Of a stretch of DNA of 64,000 nt, positions 49,801-61,185 are shown in pieces. The DNA lies in the NCBI GenBank assembly GCA_040954595.2, contig CM082592.2:2855462-2919461 (forward strand), given 5' to 3'. A program made the position numbers and the translations under genes. The number at the start of each line of letters is the position of its first letter. The stretch's first letter is position 1. The notes below the pieces were generated by a model. That model was given only the letters and a program-made list of their open reading frames with translations. It had not been told where the DNA came from and did no database searches. This DNA is from Balanoglossus misakiensis (lineage: Eukaryota > Animalia > Hemichordata).

Positions 49801-52800
49801 AGCCCAACCTTAGCTCTACCTCGAAACCTTAGGCAATAGATATGCACTACACTGTACAAAATATTTGTTGAACTCTCACTAGTCTCAGTAGCTTTGTTAA
49901 AATTTGAACAAATCAGGAAAATATTCTCAGAAAATTTCCAAGCAAAGGAGGAATCGTCTGACCAAAACCAGCCCCTAAATACCACATAAACAAGGATGAG
50001 ATTATTTACCAGTTGGCGTTCAGCCATCTGCATCCTTTTGATCAATTCAGCATCTGTGGGTAATTCTCTCCAGATCCTGGAGACAGAGTCGTACCTCACC
50101 TTCACCTTCGGAAATTTCCTGTAGATGTTACTGATAAGGAATAACTTTACACCAAGAAACAAACCTGTGGGATGAAAGGTGAAAAGGAAAGTTTTAAAAA
50201 AGTCTTTGCAGATAATGGTTGCACATTCATAACATCTCTGCAAAAATCATCATGTATAAACCATAATATATTTTAGATCAACAAATCTAGTTCTCTACAG
50301 CCAAGTATGAATAATTCCCCCTGCGTTTTTCTTTAACCCTTTCCCCGCCATGGTTCGACCCAAAACCATTGTTTTCTGTGGTACAGTTGAACCTTGAGAA
50401 GTGGGGATGAAAGGATCAAAGAATAACATATACAAACAGAAACCATGAATTTGAAGTGCTTATATGGCAGGACAAGAATTTAATTTGAGAAAATCACTAT
50501 TATAGTGAAATTTTACATTAACCCTAACACTACCAAGTCAGTGGAAACTGGTTTGATTTCCAGGGTGCCTAGAATCCTGGCTCCCAGGCCTGTTAGACTG
50601 CCAAGTGCGTGTTAATCAGTAGGGCCTATACAAGACCCTCAGACCAATACAGTACAAACCAGTGCGATTTGGTACATTTTACAGGGGGTTAAGACTGCCA
50701 AGTGTGTCTAAGTACGTACATGAGCCATGTCAAGACAGTCAAAATACATTTTAGAAGAAAAAGTGGCAAATACGTATTTTAAGGGACTTGACACTCTAAA
50801 CAGGTATGACACCCAGTAGCATTAGGGTTAATGACGAAAAATTCCAGGGTAATCTTTTTTAAATGACCAAGTGTTGAGGAGCTTCCTATTTACCAATGTG
50901 TGTTTACTTACCCATACTTTCAACTAGAAGTTTTGCTGGTAGGAATATGGATGCAATAAAGGACAACCAAAGTACAAAGTACAGCTTTCTTGTAGACCCT
51001 GGATGCTCCCACATTACAAGACTGTAAAACAATAAAACTACATCTAATCAGTGGTTACACTAATTTGAAGTAAAATATTTCCATGATTACCAAACGTACC
51101 ACTGTCTCTGAAACTACATAAAGTAGTAAAATAAAGTATATCCATGGGGTGTCCATAGGTTTTAACTATAGGCAGAATCCTTTTCGGCTAAGTTGTATTC
51201 CCTAATTTTACCATTACTACAGTTTTGGTTTGTGTTTGTTTGTTGGCAATTTACTGCTACTTAAGCATTTGTTTTAAAGTTCTAGTGTGAAGCCCTCATG
51301 CTGCAGATTAGCTGCAGTTCTGTATTTTTAATGTACATGCTCAGTCTATGCCTCTTTCTGCTTTTAGAGTCTGTTTTGCCGCCCACAAACCCTCTTCCTC
51401 CTCTCCAGTATCTTGTTCATTTTCACTCACTCACTCACTCGCTCACTCACTCACTCACTCAACTTACTTTTTAAGTTTTTCCAGGCTATCTGCAACTTTT
51501 CCCAACAGATTTTGTACCTTTCTGGCCACCTGCAGTACCAACTGAAATTTGTCTGACATGCCGAGCACTCTATCCCCATCACTGTCCTGAAACCAATGAC
51601 AACATCACAGTTAGACCAATACTGATGTTTAATAGTTGGGTATGCATTAAGCTATTAATTTTAAGAGCAGTTACACTTAATGATTAAAGAGCAATGATCA
51701 TCTTATGCGCATGTGCCAAACTAGAGACTCTAGTTACAAAATTTGTATACAATCAATGCCATAAGGCAGTGTGCTGTCCTAAACAACAGACAAGATGGTG
51801 GCGACCATATTCTGTGTCAGAGATCAGGAAAAGACACCAAATTGGGTGAAAAGAAGGGACAAAACTGAAGTTTACGTATGCGGTGCAGATGAAATATGGG
51901 AAGAAGTAAAGGCAGTCCACTATTTGAATGTGTCGAAGTATGCAAAATTTGCCGAACATTTGGATTGGACATGTTTGTACACATGAAATTACGCACATGC
52001 GTATAATACGATTGTCAGCCTTTAAGCTATGGTGCAAATGTTGGGACAAGTGTCATATTTACTACAAAGTTACTTTTTGTCCATTTTAATACTATCACCA
52101 CCTCTCAACATATCTGTAGAGATGTATCTTGACTCAGTAATAGGAAGTCTGACATTTTCTACAAGCAGAGAAACTTGTAAAGTCAATCTGTTCTCATTGC
52201 ACATTTTGATGTTTGGAAAATTCATGCTTGACTGACAGCAAAAATAGTCATTTCAAGCAAGTCCGAGGCCAGCCACACAAAACAGTTGGAAAGCACAGAA
52301 AGAAATGTCGCCCGTTTTGTTTAACAAAATTTGGACATGAGGAAAGAAATGAACATGTCAACATTTCCAAGCTCTGTGAGGGATCATCTGTCATTTTCAT
52401 ATTTACATTATAGTCACACATGCATGTCCATATAAAGGTGTGCTCAAGGTCTCAAGTAAGCAAAACAAAATGACTAACCTCTTCTATAAAGCAATATGGT
52501 AATATAGACATGTCAACATGCCAGCCTCTGAAAAATAAAGAGAAAATATCAGAAAGGATTGCAGTTATTATCTAAGACCCAAAGCTATCGCACAACGAGT
52601 AAAAATCAGGATGACTGAACTCCCCGTATCTTCACTAAATCATAAAAAATAATGTACAGTCAAACCTGTGTTAGTTACCACCTCTATATAGAGACCACCT
52701 CTATATAGTGACCACTTAGTTACAGTCCCTGTGCAATTTACACGTGTATAAATTAACCTGTCTATAAAGACCACCTGTCTATAAAGGCCAGTTTGGTAAA

Positions 52801-55800
52801 GTCCCTTGACTGGCCACTATAGACAGGTTTGACTGTACAATGTACTTGTTTTCCAGCTTCCACTGGTGAAATCAAAACACACAACAGTAAAGAGAGAGAG
52901 AGAGAGAGAGCTTCTATGTTGTTATTTGTGTTCAATGCATATACACACATAATTGAGTATGCTGGACAAGGATTGGTGTAGACACAAAACTTGTTGAATG
53001 AATGAATGAATGAATGAATGAATGAATGAATGAACGAATGAACGAACGAACAAACGAACGAATGAATGTTTTCCTGGCACGGTGCTTAAAATTTTGGCTC
53101 ACAACTTTGCTGTTTGTATTTACAATGCACGGCCAGCTAAAACAAGAAATGGGGTAAAACCCCCGGACTGATACAAACTATCAGACGTCACAAATAGTTT
53201 CAGCGTCAAATATATAAGCACTGAATTTCAGACAAATATCATTTTAACAAGATCTTTTTCTTGTCCTACATTCCTTTTATATGATTGTCTGCCTTTCAGG
53301 GCCTTATCACACAACACTTTCTTCCATTATAGTTTTTAAAGGTTGAATGCAATGAATGAATGAATGGATGGATGGATGGATGGATGAATGGATGAATGAA
53401 TGAATGAATGAATGAATGAATGAATGAATGAACGAACGAACGAACGAATGAATGAATGTTTTCCTGGCCCAGTGCTTAAAATTTTGGCTCATCCTAGATT
53501 TTATTCCCATCACCGTACTGTAACAATGATAAGAGATACATACTTGAACCAACCTAAAGTATGAAATCTGCAGCGTAAATAAGAATAAAGATGATTTATT
53601 AACTGATGATGTGATTCTTCTAAGTCGGACGAAGCATTTTTGAGTGGATGATTACAAGTGTGGTGAATCTCAGAAACAAAGCATGTCAGTGTATGAATAA
53701 TGAAGGTTAGTGACATAACTGACCATATTGTCATTGTCATTTGTTTGTACCTATGGTCAGTGGTAACCGTGAGATTCCATGCTTAATGTCAAAGTGCCAA
53801 TTATACTTACAGCCAAGGTCACAGTGTCACACTTGCTGTATTGTTTATTACAATCACTGTCATACCAGTATAATCAATATCATATTATGCTAACAGTACT
53901 ATGGAGTCTACATGCATCTAATCAGTGATGTCATCATAGGCAGTAATCAATGATCAATCTAATTAAAATCAGATGTAGAGTTAGGCACCGTCTTGATCTT
54001 TGTTGATAATTTTGGCTGTTCTGTTCTCTCAAATCCGATAACAGAACTGGACAGCTAAGAATCAGCAAAGACAAATATTGAGCCAGCCCTATGTCTGATT
54101 TTAATCAGATTGAGGCAATAATGGACACTGCTGCTGACGACCCACAACAGACAACTAACAAGTCAAAATGCAGTGTAACTGCATTTTTTTATACACATCA
54201 CAGTTGAAAGACAATAAAGTTTAATACTTACTTTGCAGTTAAATAGTTTTTGGACAGCCAATACAACAATGTGCCAAGCAACACCGTACCAAGCCAACCG
54301 TGCCAAACTGAATACATGTATACCTTAAATAAAATAATCAATGCAATGTAAATTTCAAAGAACACCTGTCCACCATTTTGACAAATTTGACCATATTGCA
54401 AAGTAAATTGACCTGCATATGTACATGTATACCAGTATTGTGTGTGTACTAAGTTTGAATGAAATCAGTCCAGGCATATCTGAGTGATGGCTCTGGATGG
54501 ACACAGGACAATACAAACAATTGGTGCAATGGCCTGAATGTTGAAATTTTCTCAAAGCAAAACAAAACATGTTGAAACTTGCTAAAAAATTTCATGCATA
54601 CTTACAGTGAAAAATATCAGTGATATGATCGGGGCTCTCCAGTGCAGTATGACTCCAACAACTTTGATAAAATTTAATATTGGCTTTGTACATGTTGCTG
54701 TTGTCAAAAAGAAACATAACAATGAAATTATTACATTTCCCAAGAATTATAAACATCAACATAACTCACTGTGATAACAACACATGTATTTTCATATACA
54801 AGGCGGTCACTACTGACGCATCTAAAGGAAATGATGGTCTTTAGTAAATATAGAATTACTTACTGACTCTCTTGATGTTTTCTTTCAATCTAGAAGGAAG
54901 AACAAAGTAAAATATCAACTGTAACGACATTTGAGCAAATATGATGATCATCTGATTTGCAGGCAAATTATTTCTGCCTCTTATAACAGGATGGAACTAA
55001 ACACTAATTACATACTGCTTCAATCACAGACTACAGGAATAGTTTTAATTTTCTCAACTACATGTATCTCACTACTGGTGCATCTATGCTGGAGTTTTAG
55101 CCAGATGTAAACAAAACCAGTTTTACAAATATTGCTTGAGATGAGATGAGGTATACTGGCTAAGCTTACTTTTTCACAGTCAATGGGTCTCCTTCTTTGA
55201 GTTGTGATATTTCTTCTTCCTCTTCAGGATCAGTAAAATCTGAGATAAAGTCGTAATAAATGGCCACAAACCACGCCAGCAATCTGCTCTCGTCTCCTTT
55301 TCTTTTTAAGACTCTATCCACTTTATCTGAAATAATAATTTTGAAGAAAAAAGTTATTATCGTTGTGAATCCCCATGTACATGTTAGTATGGTGAAAATA
55401 GGACATCTTGATTGATAGAGACCTGAAAATAATTGTGTTATATTTGTGATATACCATGGTTAGAACCTGTCCAAGTCATGATTTTGGCATAAAAGTTCAC
55501 TACCAGTGAAGACTATGTGCGGTAGATTTAATCATACATACTGTTTACATATGACAGTGCAATATTCATTGAAAACTGAAAAATCTTTGGTAAAATCTTT
55601 GGTATTAGATACCTTTGATGGCTTCATCTTCTAACACATCTCTTGCAAGTTCTACCCCATCCACAGAGTCTTGTGGCATGCCCCTAGAATTAACGAATAT
55701 CATTACAATCAATTAGACGATCATGTAGAACATGAAAACATCAGGAAAGGAATATGGGTAATTGTGTGTTCATTATACATGAAATGTAAGCATACAATGT

Positions 55801-57284
55801 AGTTTTCTTTCACTTGGTTTCATCTGTTTTAAACCTAAATGCCATTTTTTCCCTCTACACTCAACTTGATCATCATCTGATGCACATGCTTTGATTTTCC
55901 TGAATAATTACATGCAACTAACTTCAAATGTTTTTCGAAGACATTTGAAGACAGCTTGTGTTGGTTCTCTATTTACAGGGCCCAGATAAATATTGAATTG
56001 CAGGAGATACTGGAGCAAGAAAGCAAGTCCAAAACATGAGTGTGGTGTTTGTTCAAACAGTGATCCCATAATATATAAAGTGAAATAGTGTGCAGTGTTA
56101 TTACCTTACAACATTTTTAGATTCCATTGCCTCAAACTTTTCCATCAGCATTTTATTCTTTTCTTGTTCATAGTCCAATTCCTGCTGAAGACGATCGACT
56201 TCACTCGTCTTTTTATATTTTTGCATTTCTTCAGCTAAAAAATTAATACACAAAAATCATGATTGTTGCAGTTATTTACAGAACTTCTGTAGGATTGTGA
56301 GAGTCAAAATCTCACCGAAATGAATAAATGGTAGAGAGTGATTATTCAATTTGGCGAGTTTTTCACTCTCTTGTCTACAAGTTGGATGGAAGTTGTGTGA
56401 GGTGGAACGTTGATTCACTATACTAGTATATCCACATGTAGAATAACATAAACAATGTCTTGTATCAAACATAATTAATGGGAAAGGGGCAGCAAGAGAG
56501 AGACTTTGTCCCTTTAACCAATGAATTATATATTAAATTTGCAAATGTGTGTCAGGTGAGATTTTAAAAACTTACAAAGCGTCTGATTTTCTATCATGGC
56601 AGCCACAAGTTGTTCCTGTAGATTGGATAATTGAACTTCAAAGACCTCCTTCTCTGAGCCTGGCCATTCTTTTTGTCCATCATATTCACTCAGGGAGTCA
56701 GTTAATTCAGCCAACTTACTCAAATATAGTTCCTGAAAAAAGTAAAAAAGGATTCACACAAAAATTATGCAGTATTAATCAAAAGATGTCAAAATTATGA
56801 TTCATAAATGTGCACATGCTTGAAAACCTCTTGTATCCTTTCATGACTGTAAAACACTTTATTTTAACGAGCAATACATTTTCGCGAAATACGCAAGAGC
56901 CAAAATAGCGTGAAAATACAAAGTCGTGTACATTTTTTGTAAGATAACGATGCAGTGAATGAAACAAGAGAACGCGAAAATTAATACTCACGAAACAGTG
57001 GCCTCTCTCGATATCGCGAAAATTTCAACTCGCGAAAATAAAGTTGTTTTACAGTATTTTTGAGGTTTTTGATTTGTTATACATGTATTTTTATATTGTT
57101 CTGTTCTGTGATAGACTTTTAAATACGGAAATTCTTCAATTACCTGACTGATGTTACTTGTCAGCGGATGTTCATCTGTGTTGTGCTGAGCAGAGGCAGA
57201 GGGAGCATCAACAAATACCATGTCATCACTGTCATTACTCTCGCCTGCTTTAAATTTAGATTTAAAAGCAGCTCTGAGAGACAT
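46810..57284 (-). CDS. GRAMD4: GRAM domain-containing protein 4, 16 coding exons, ~609 aa
   Basis: Exons 57144-57284, 56576-56732, 56105-56234, 55613-55683, 55170-55326, 54864-54889, 54606-54697, 54232-54323, 52479-52527, 51468-51586, 50912-51021, 50010-50164, 49079-49229, 48162-48252, 47605-47686 and 46810-47016 are in phase. Motifs: VYMYSVWHGW, SDKFQLVLQVARKVQNLLGKVADSLEKLKNLVMW, IWRELPTD, FLCFERSK, LPGGGMAI, FGAMINRDEAYE. Confidence 0.93.
47909..48080. mobile_element. pogo/Tigger-like MITE (TA CAGTC...GACTG TA); inverted relative at 52655-52837
   Basis: tacagtcaagccagt...acagatttgactgta here, and tacagtcaaacctgt...acaggtttgactgta at 52655-52837. Both share the internal sequence ctggcctttatagacaggtgg. 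Confidence 0.65.
48683..48828. mobile_element. ~145-bp MITE with ~20-bp TIR
   Basis: atagaccacttcgcggatag / ctatccgcgaagtggtccat. Confidence 0.65.
50522..50827. mobile_element. piggyBac-like MITE (TTAA CCCT...AGGG TTAA)
   Basis: TTAA TSD, with TIR ccctaacactac / gtagcattaggg. A second copy lies at 9568-9884. Confidence 0.8.
52995..53492 (-). repeat. Two (GAAT)n arrays, each followed by the same ~35-bp sequence; probably retroposon 3' ends with (TTCA)n tails
   Basis: The arrays are at 52995-53066 and 53351-53457. Both abut tgttttcctggc.c.gtgcttaaaattttggctca. Confidence 0.7.
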
Positions 57285-57652
57285 GGTGGCAGAGTTTCAC
57301 CTATAGATACAAAAAGTATACAGAAATATTAGGCGGGTGTATATGGTATCAGTGATATGTCCTTAAATTGTAAATGCTCCTTATTTTGGCTGAGAGGTAT
57401 GTGACAGGTACGTGACTTTACCATTGTAAAGTCTTTGTAATATTATTTAGTGTCTAGGGACCCTATCTGGGTGTGGCAAGTCAGTATGGCCACACATGAC
57501 ATAACAAACATAACAATATAACATAACAAAACAATAGACCCTTTGTCTACAGCATTTCCACAATTCATTAATGCTACAATCACAAACAAAAAGATCGCAT
57601 GTAAATGTGCATTTATTCTTATGAAACCAGATTTCCCTATGTCTGATTTTAA

Positions 57653-58385
57653 GGTGGCACTGCATGAAACCGTTGAGACTTTTTCAGAGGCCTATTTCTC
57701 ATCAAAGACAAAGTTAAAACCCCCATAAACCATATATATTCTGGAAGCTGAGATTTTGAACTTTTGTTTGAGTTGCAAATATTATAGATCCCCGGAAATG
57801 GTGGCGATTTTGGGTGAAAAAACCCATTTTTTGATATTATGTCATGAAATTTAAAATAGGTAAAAAAGTTGACCATGCATCATGCATCTTAATATGTCAT
57901 TCAAAACTAGAGTACACGTGCAAAAAAACGCTAATTTTGTTTTGCGTTATCTGCTTCCATTGAGGAGTAACAGCGTTTAAAAGTTAGATTTTCAGAAAAT
58001 TTGATCAAATTCACGGTGAGTTGTATTGAATCAGAGTTTATTCCCGCCAGGGACACTTTACCGACAAACAAAACTAGCGTTTTGTTGGATGGGTCATGCA
58101 CAATTCCCTGTCAAAATTTGAGCAAATTCGGCCAACGCAGGGCGAAGCTATTTTAGTCCGAAGTTGTCAAGAGCAGCGAAAATGCAAACTGAGAAAAACG
58201 GCTATTTGCATTGTTGACACCTATTTGTTAAGCAGTGAACTCATTCAGAAAAGTGCTATTTTGGGGTGATTATGCACCATTTCCGCCAAGACGTATTAGT
58301 CAGGTTGTGGGTCAGTATTAGGCCTACCGATTTATGTAAAAAAGTAAAATTTGGCAAAAATCACAACTTTTCATGCAATGCCACC
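57653..58385. mobile_element. Kolobok-like non-autonomous DNA transposon (733 bp)
   Basis: TTAA-ggtggcactgcatgaaa ... tttcatgcaatgccacc-TTAA, in the 5'-UTR intron of GRAMD4. Confidence 0.8.
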
Positions 58386-60744
58386 TTAAGTAGGACATAT
58401 CTCTTGCATGATCACAGAACTCAGGCAAAGGGTTACCATGGTTACATGTACAGTATGTACATGTGTATATAAACTCATAATGTGCCACATTGTCAGAAAC
58501 AGGATAAAACTCTGCAGATACAGGGACTACACTATTGAGATGGTAATAAATGTTTGAAACACATTGCCGATAATCCTCCCCAAATAACCATCAAGTCTGC
58601 CTTCAGCTTTCAACTCTTACTTTAATTTATTACACTCATGTAAACAACAAATATACATGTACCACTATTTTTGTACATTTTTGGCTGGAAGCCAACAGTG
58701 CAGAAATTAAGCCTATCATAAACAATTTTGTTGAATGTTGTCACCAAGCGTTTCCTATGTGCTAGCTTTAGGTTTGAATATTGAGGAAAGCCCCACATGT
58801 ATGTAACTCGCATCATATTTTTTTTTACAAAAACGGACAATGAATAATAGTGGTGAAAGTTGCATTCTTGGGCTTCATCAACTTGCCGCATATATGGCAG
58901 GGAACATGTTCCAGTGGGTATGGCATTGTTATCTTTAATACTAAAGATTACATGTACTAACAAACAAAAGTAATTGTGTCAGTGTTGAATTCAAAGGCCT
59001 TGATACTGAGTCCAAACGTGAAAACTGACCAGATTTTCATTGGGTGTTTATATACCGAAAAATGTCACAATCTTGATGAAAGTGTATTAAGCAGGAATAA
59101 ATGTGGATGTCTAGCTATAAACACAGTCTAATCATGAAGGTCTAATGCAACCTGTTACAGTCATAATATCTGCACGGGTGTCAGTGCCTGTACAGGGCCT
59201 GTACAGGGGTGAAGGTTTTTATTGCTGTGGATAAACATTAAATCAACTAATCTAATTATTGGTGAACAGATGTTTTCAGTGACAAACTTTGAAATAGAAA
59301 TAAATTAATAAGAAATGTAAGGTTATATGTAGGTGTACATGTACTAAGTCATGATGGAATGTACACAATTGTACAGCTGAAATGGACAGCTGCTGAAAAT
59401 ATTTCTGCACAAATTTTAGGCATTTCAAACTGCTGACAAGAAAAGAAACTTAAACCATAAATTATAGTAAAACATGAAAAAAAAAGCTTCTATCCCTTTA
59501 CCATAATTTTGGATGCTTCTTTCATATTTTATAAGGTGACAGATGTGTTCAAGGTAAACTGTGGCTACTGATGCATTGTTTATGCTACCATGAAGATATA
59601 AATATTATGGTGACAAAATTACTACTTTTATGTAGAGAACCATAATTATACATTTGTATATTTTTATGTGTTTGAGATTCAAACCAGGAACTTAGTATTA
59701 CTAGCATCCCAAGTGCCACTCACATATATGACATGTCCCACCTAATGCATAATGCACGTATTTAAATATGCCAGCAACTTGTAGGTTATTCAATTATGAC
59801 AAAGGTCACACTTGTTTTGATAAATTAAGTATAGTCATGAAGGACGTTGTACAATATAACTGACAAACAGTAAAAAAAAAAAAAACACCACCAATGACCA
59901 TTACAGTTGTTTCTCTTGTGGCTACACATTGCAATATACACAAGAAGAGTCTTGTAGTTGATTCAACTAAAAAAAGGTTGCCCTGGTCTCAGGCAGAGAT
60001 CTTTGTGCTGTTATAATGTAGCTCAGTTGGCAATGGAAATGTTCTTGCATTGGCCTATTTTTTCAAGCTGACACTTATTACTGGAAACACACCTTGGTGA
60101 AAAATGCGAGCGACCGTCAAAACCAACTTTTCAACTCATTTTATGCAATTAACATTCAACCTGATCAGTATATTTTCCCCCAAACTTCAAATGAATTGAA
60201 CTTGGCTCAGCATAGCCAAATCATCCAAAACATTCACACTTGACACATTGTAAAACAAAAATAATATTTTGTATGTTGAGCAGAGAGGGAATAAATGTCA
60301 CATTGTTTTTAATTACTATGTTAAGCAGTTACACCAACACATTTATGACTACATTTATGTACATCGTAATACTAAACCATGTCATCCTTAGACTACTAAA
60401 CTTGTAATCATCATGATAATTAATACCAGTAATTATACCAGTAATAATAAGTGGTAATTATAGCCATGGATGTGTGGTACATCCAATTGGGGTACACCAT
60501 TTAGCAAGTACTGTTACTTAATGATATTATTTTTTATATGTGAAAATAATTGTTGCTACTATGTGCATGGGTTGAATTATTTTATAATTGTGTAAATTGC
60601 TATAGAACATTGAATCAGATGACTGTATCTTGTTACAAGCAACCAATGTAGTACATAGACCACCAGTCCAAGGCTTTTTCCATTAAAAAAAAACATATTT
60701 TTCATTCAACTATCATGGTTATAGAAATGTCTCTGAAGGCTTAC

Positions 60745-61150
60745 ATTTTAGCTCTGTCACCCAGGTATATAGTATGTTGGGGGGGGGGGGGGGGGGTAGG
60801 CGAAAATAATTTCCGTTTCAACGTGGAGGAAAGAAGGGATTGTATGTAGGCCAGGGATGTAGGCTGTACGAAAGATAGCTCCGCGTGGCAGGGCCGGCTG
60901 TGTGTTATTATCGGCTGCGGGGCTGCGTCTCCAACCACGCACAGCCGGTAACAACAACACAACCTGCACTGAGCACGAACGACAATATTGTCAGCTGTAG
61001 AACAACAACAACAACAACAACAACAACATGGACATGGCAAGCGTCTCGGACACTTCTGAGAAACTATTCCCAGTGACCAACTGACGGTTCGTTCAGTACT
61101 TACAGTATATAAGACGAAAGGATATCCGATTTTCTGAAGCGAACAGAAGC
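60745..61150 (-). other. Probable non-coding first exon / TSS region of GRAMD4
   Basis: CpG-rich segment ending in a minus-strand gtaagc donor at 60744. An acceptor lies at 57301, 16 nt before the gccaccATG, with an in-frame TGA just upstream of that ATG. Confidence 0.5.
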
Positions 61151-61185
61151 TCACATCAGTTTCCTCAGCGTCATGTCATGTGCAT

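Noticed and set aside
60741-61154. 137-aa Cys-rich ORF as an N-terminal coding exon of GRAMD4
   Set aside because: The poly-Cys comes from an (ACA)n microsatellite, and splicing to 57300 meets an in-frame TGA before the Kozak-context ATG at 57284.
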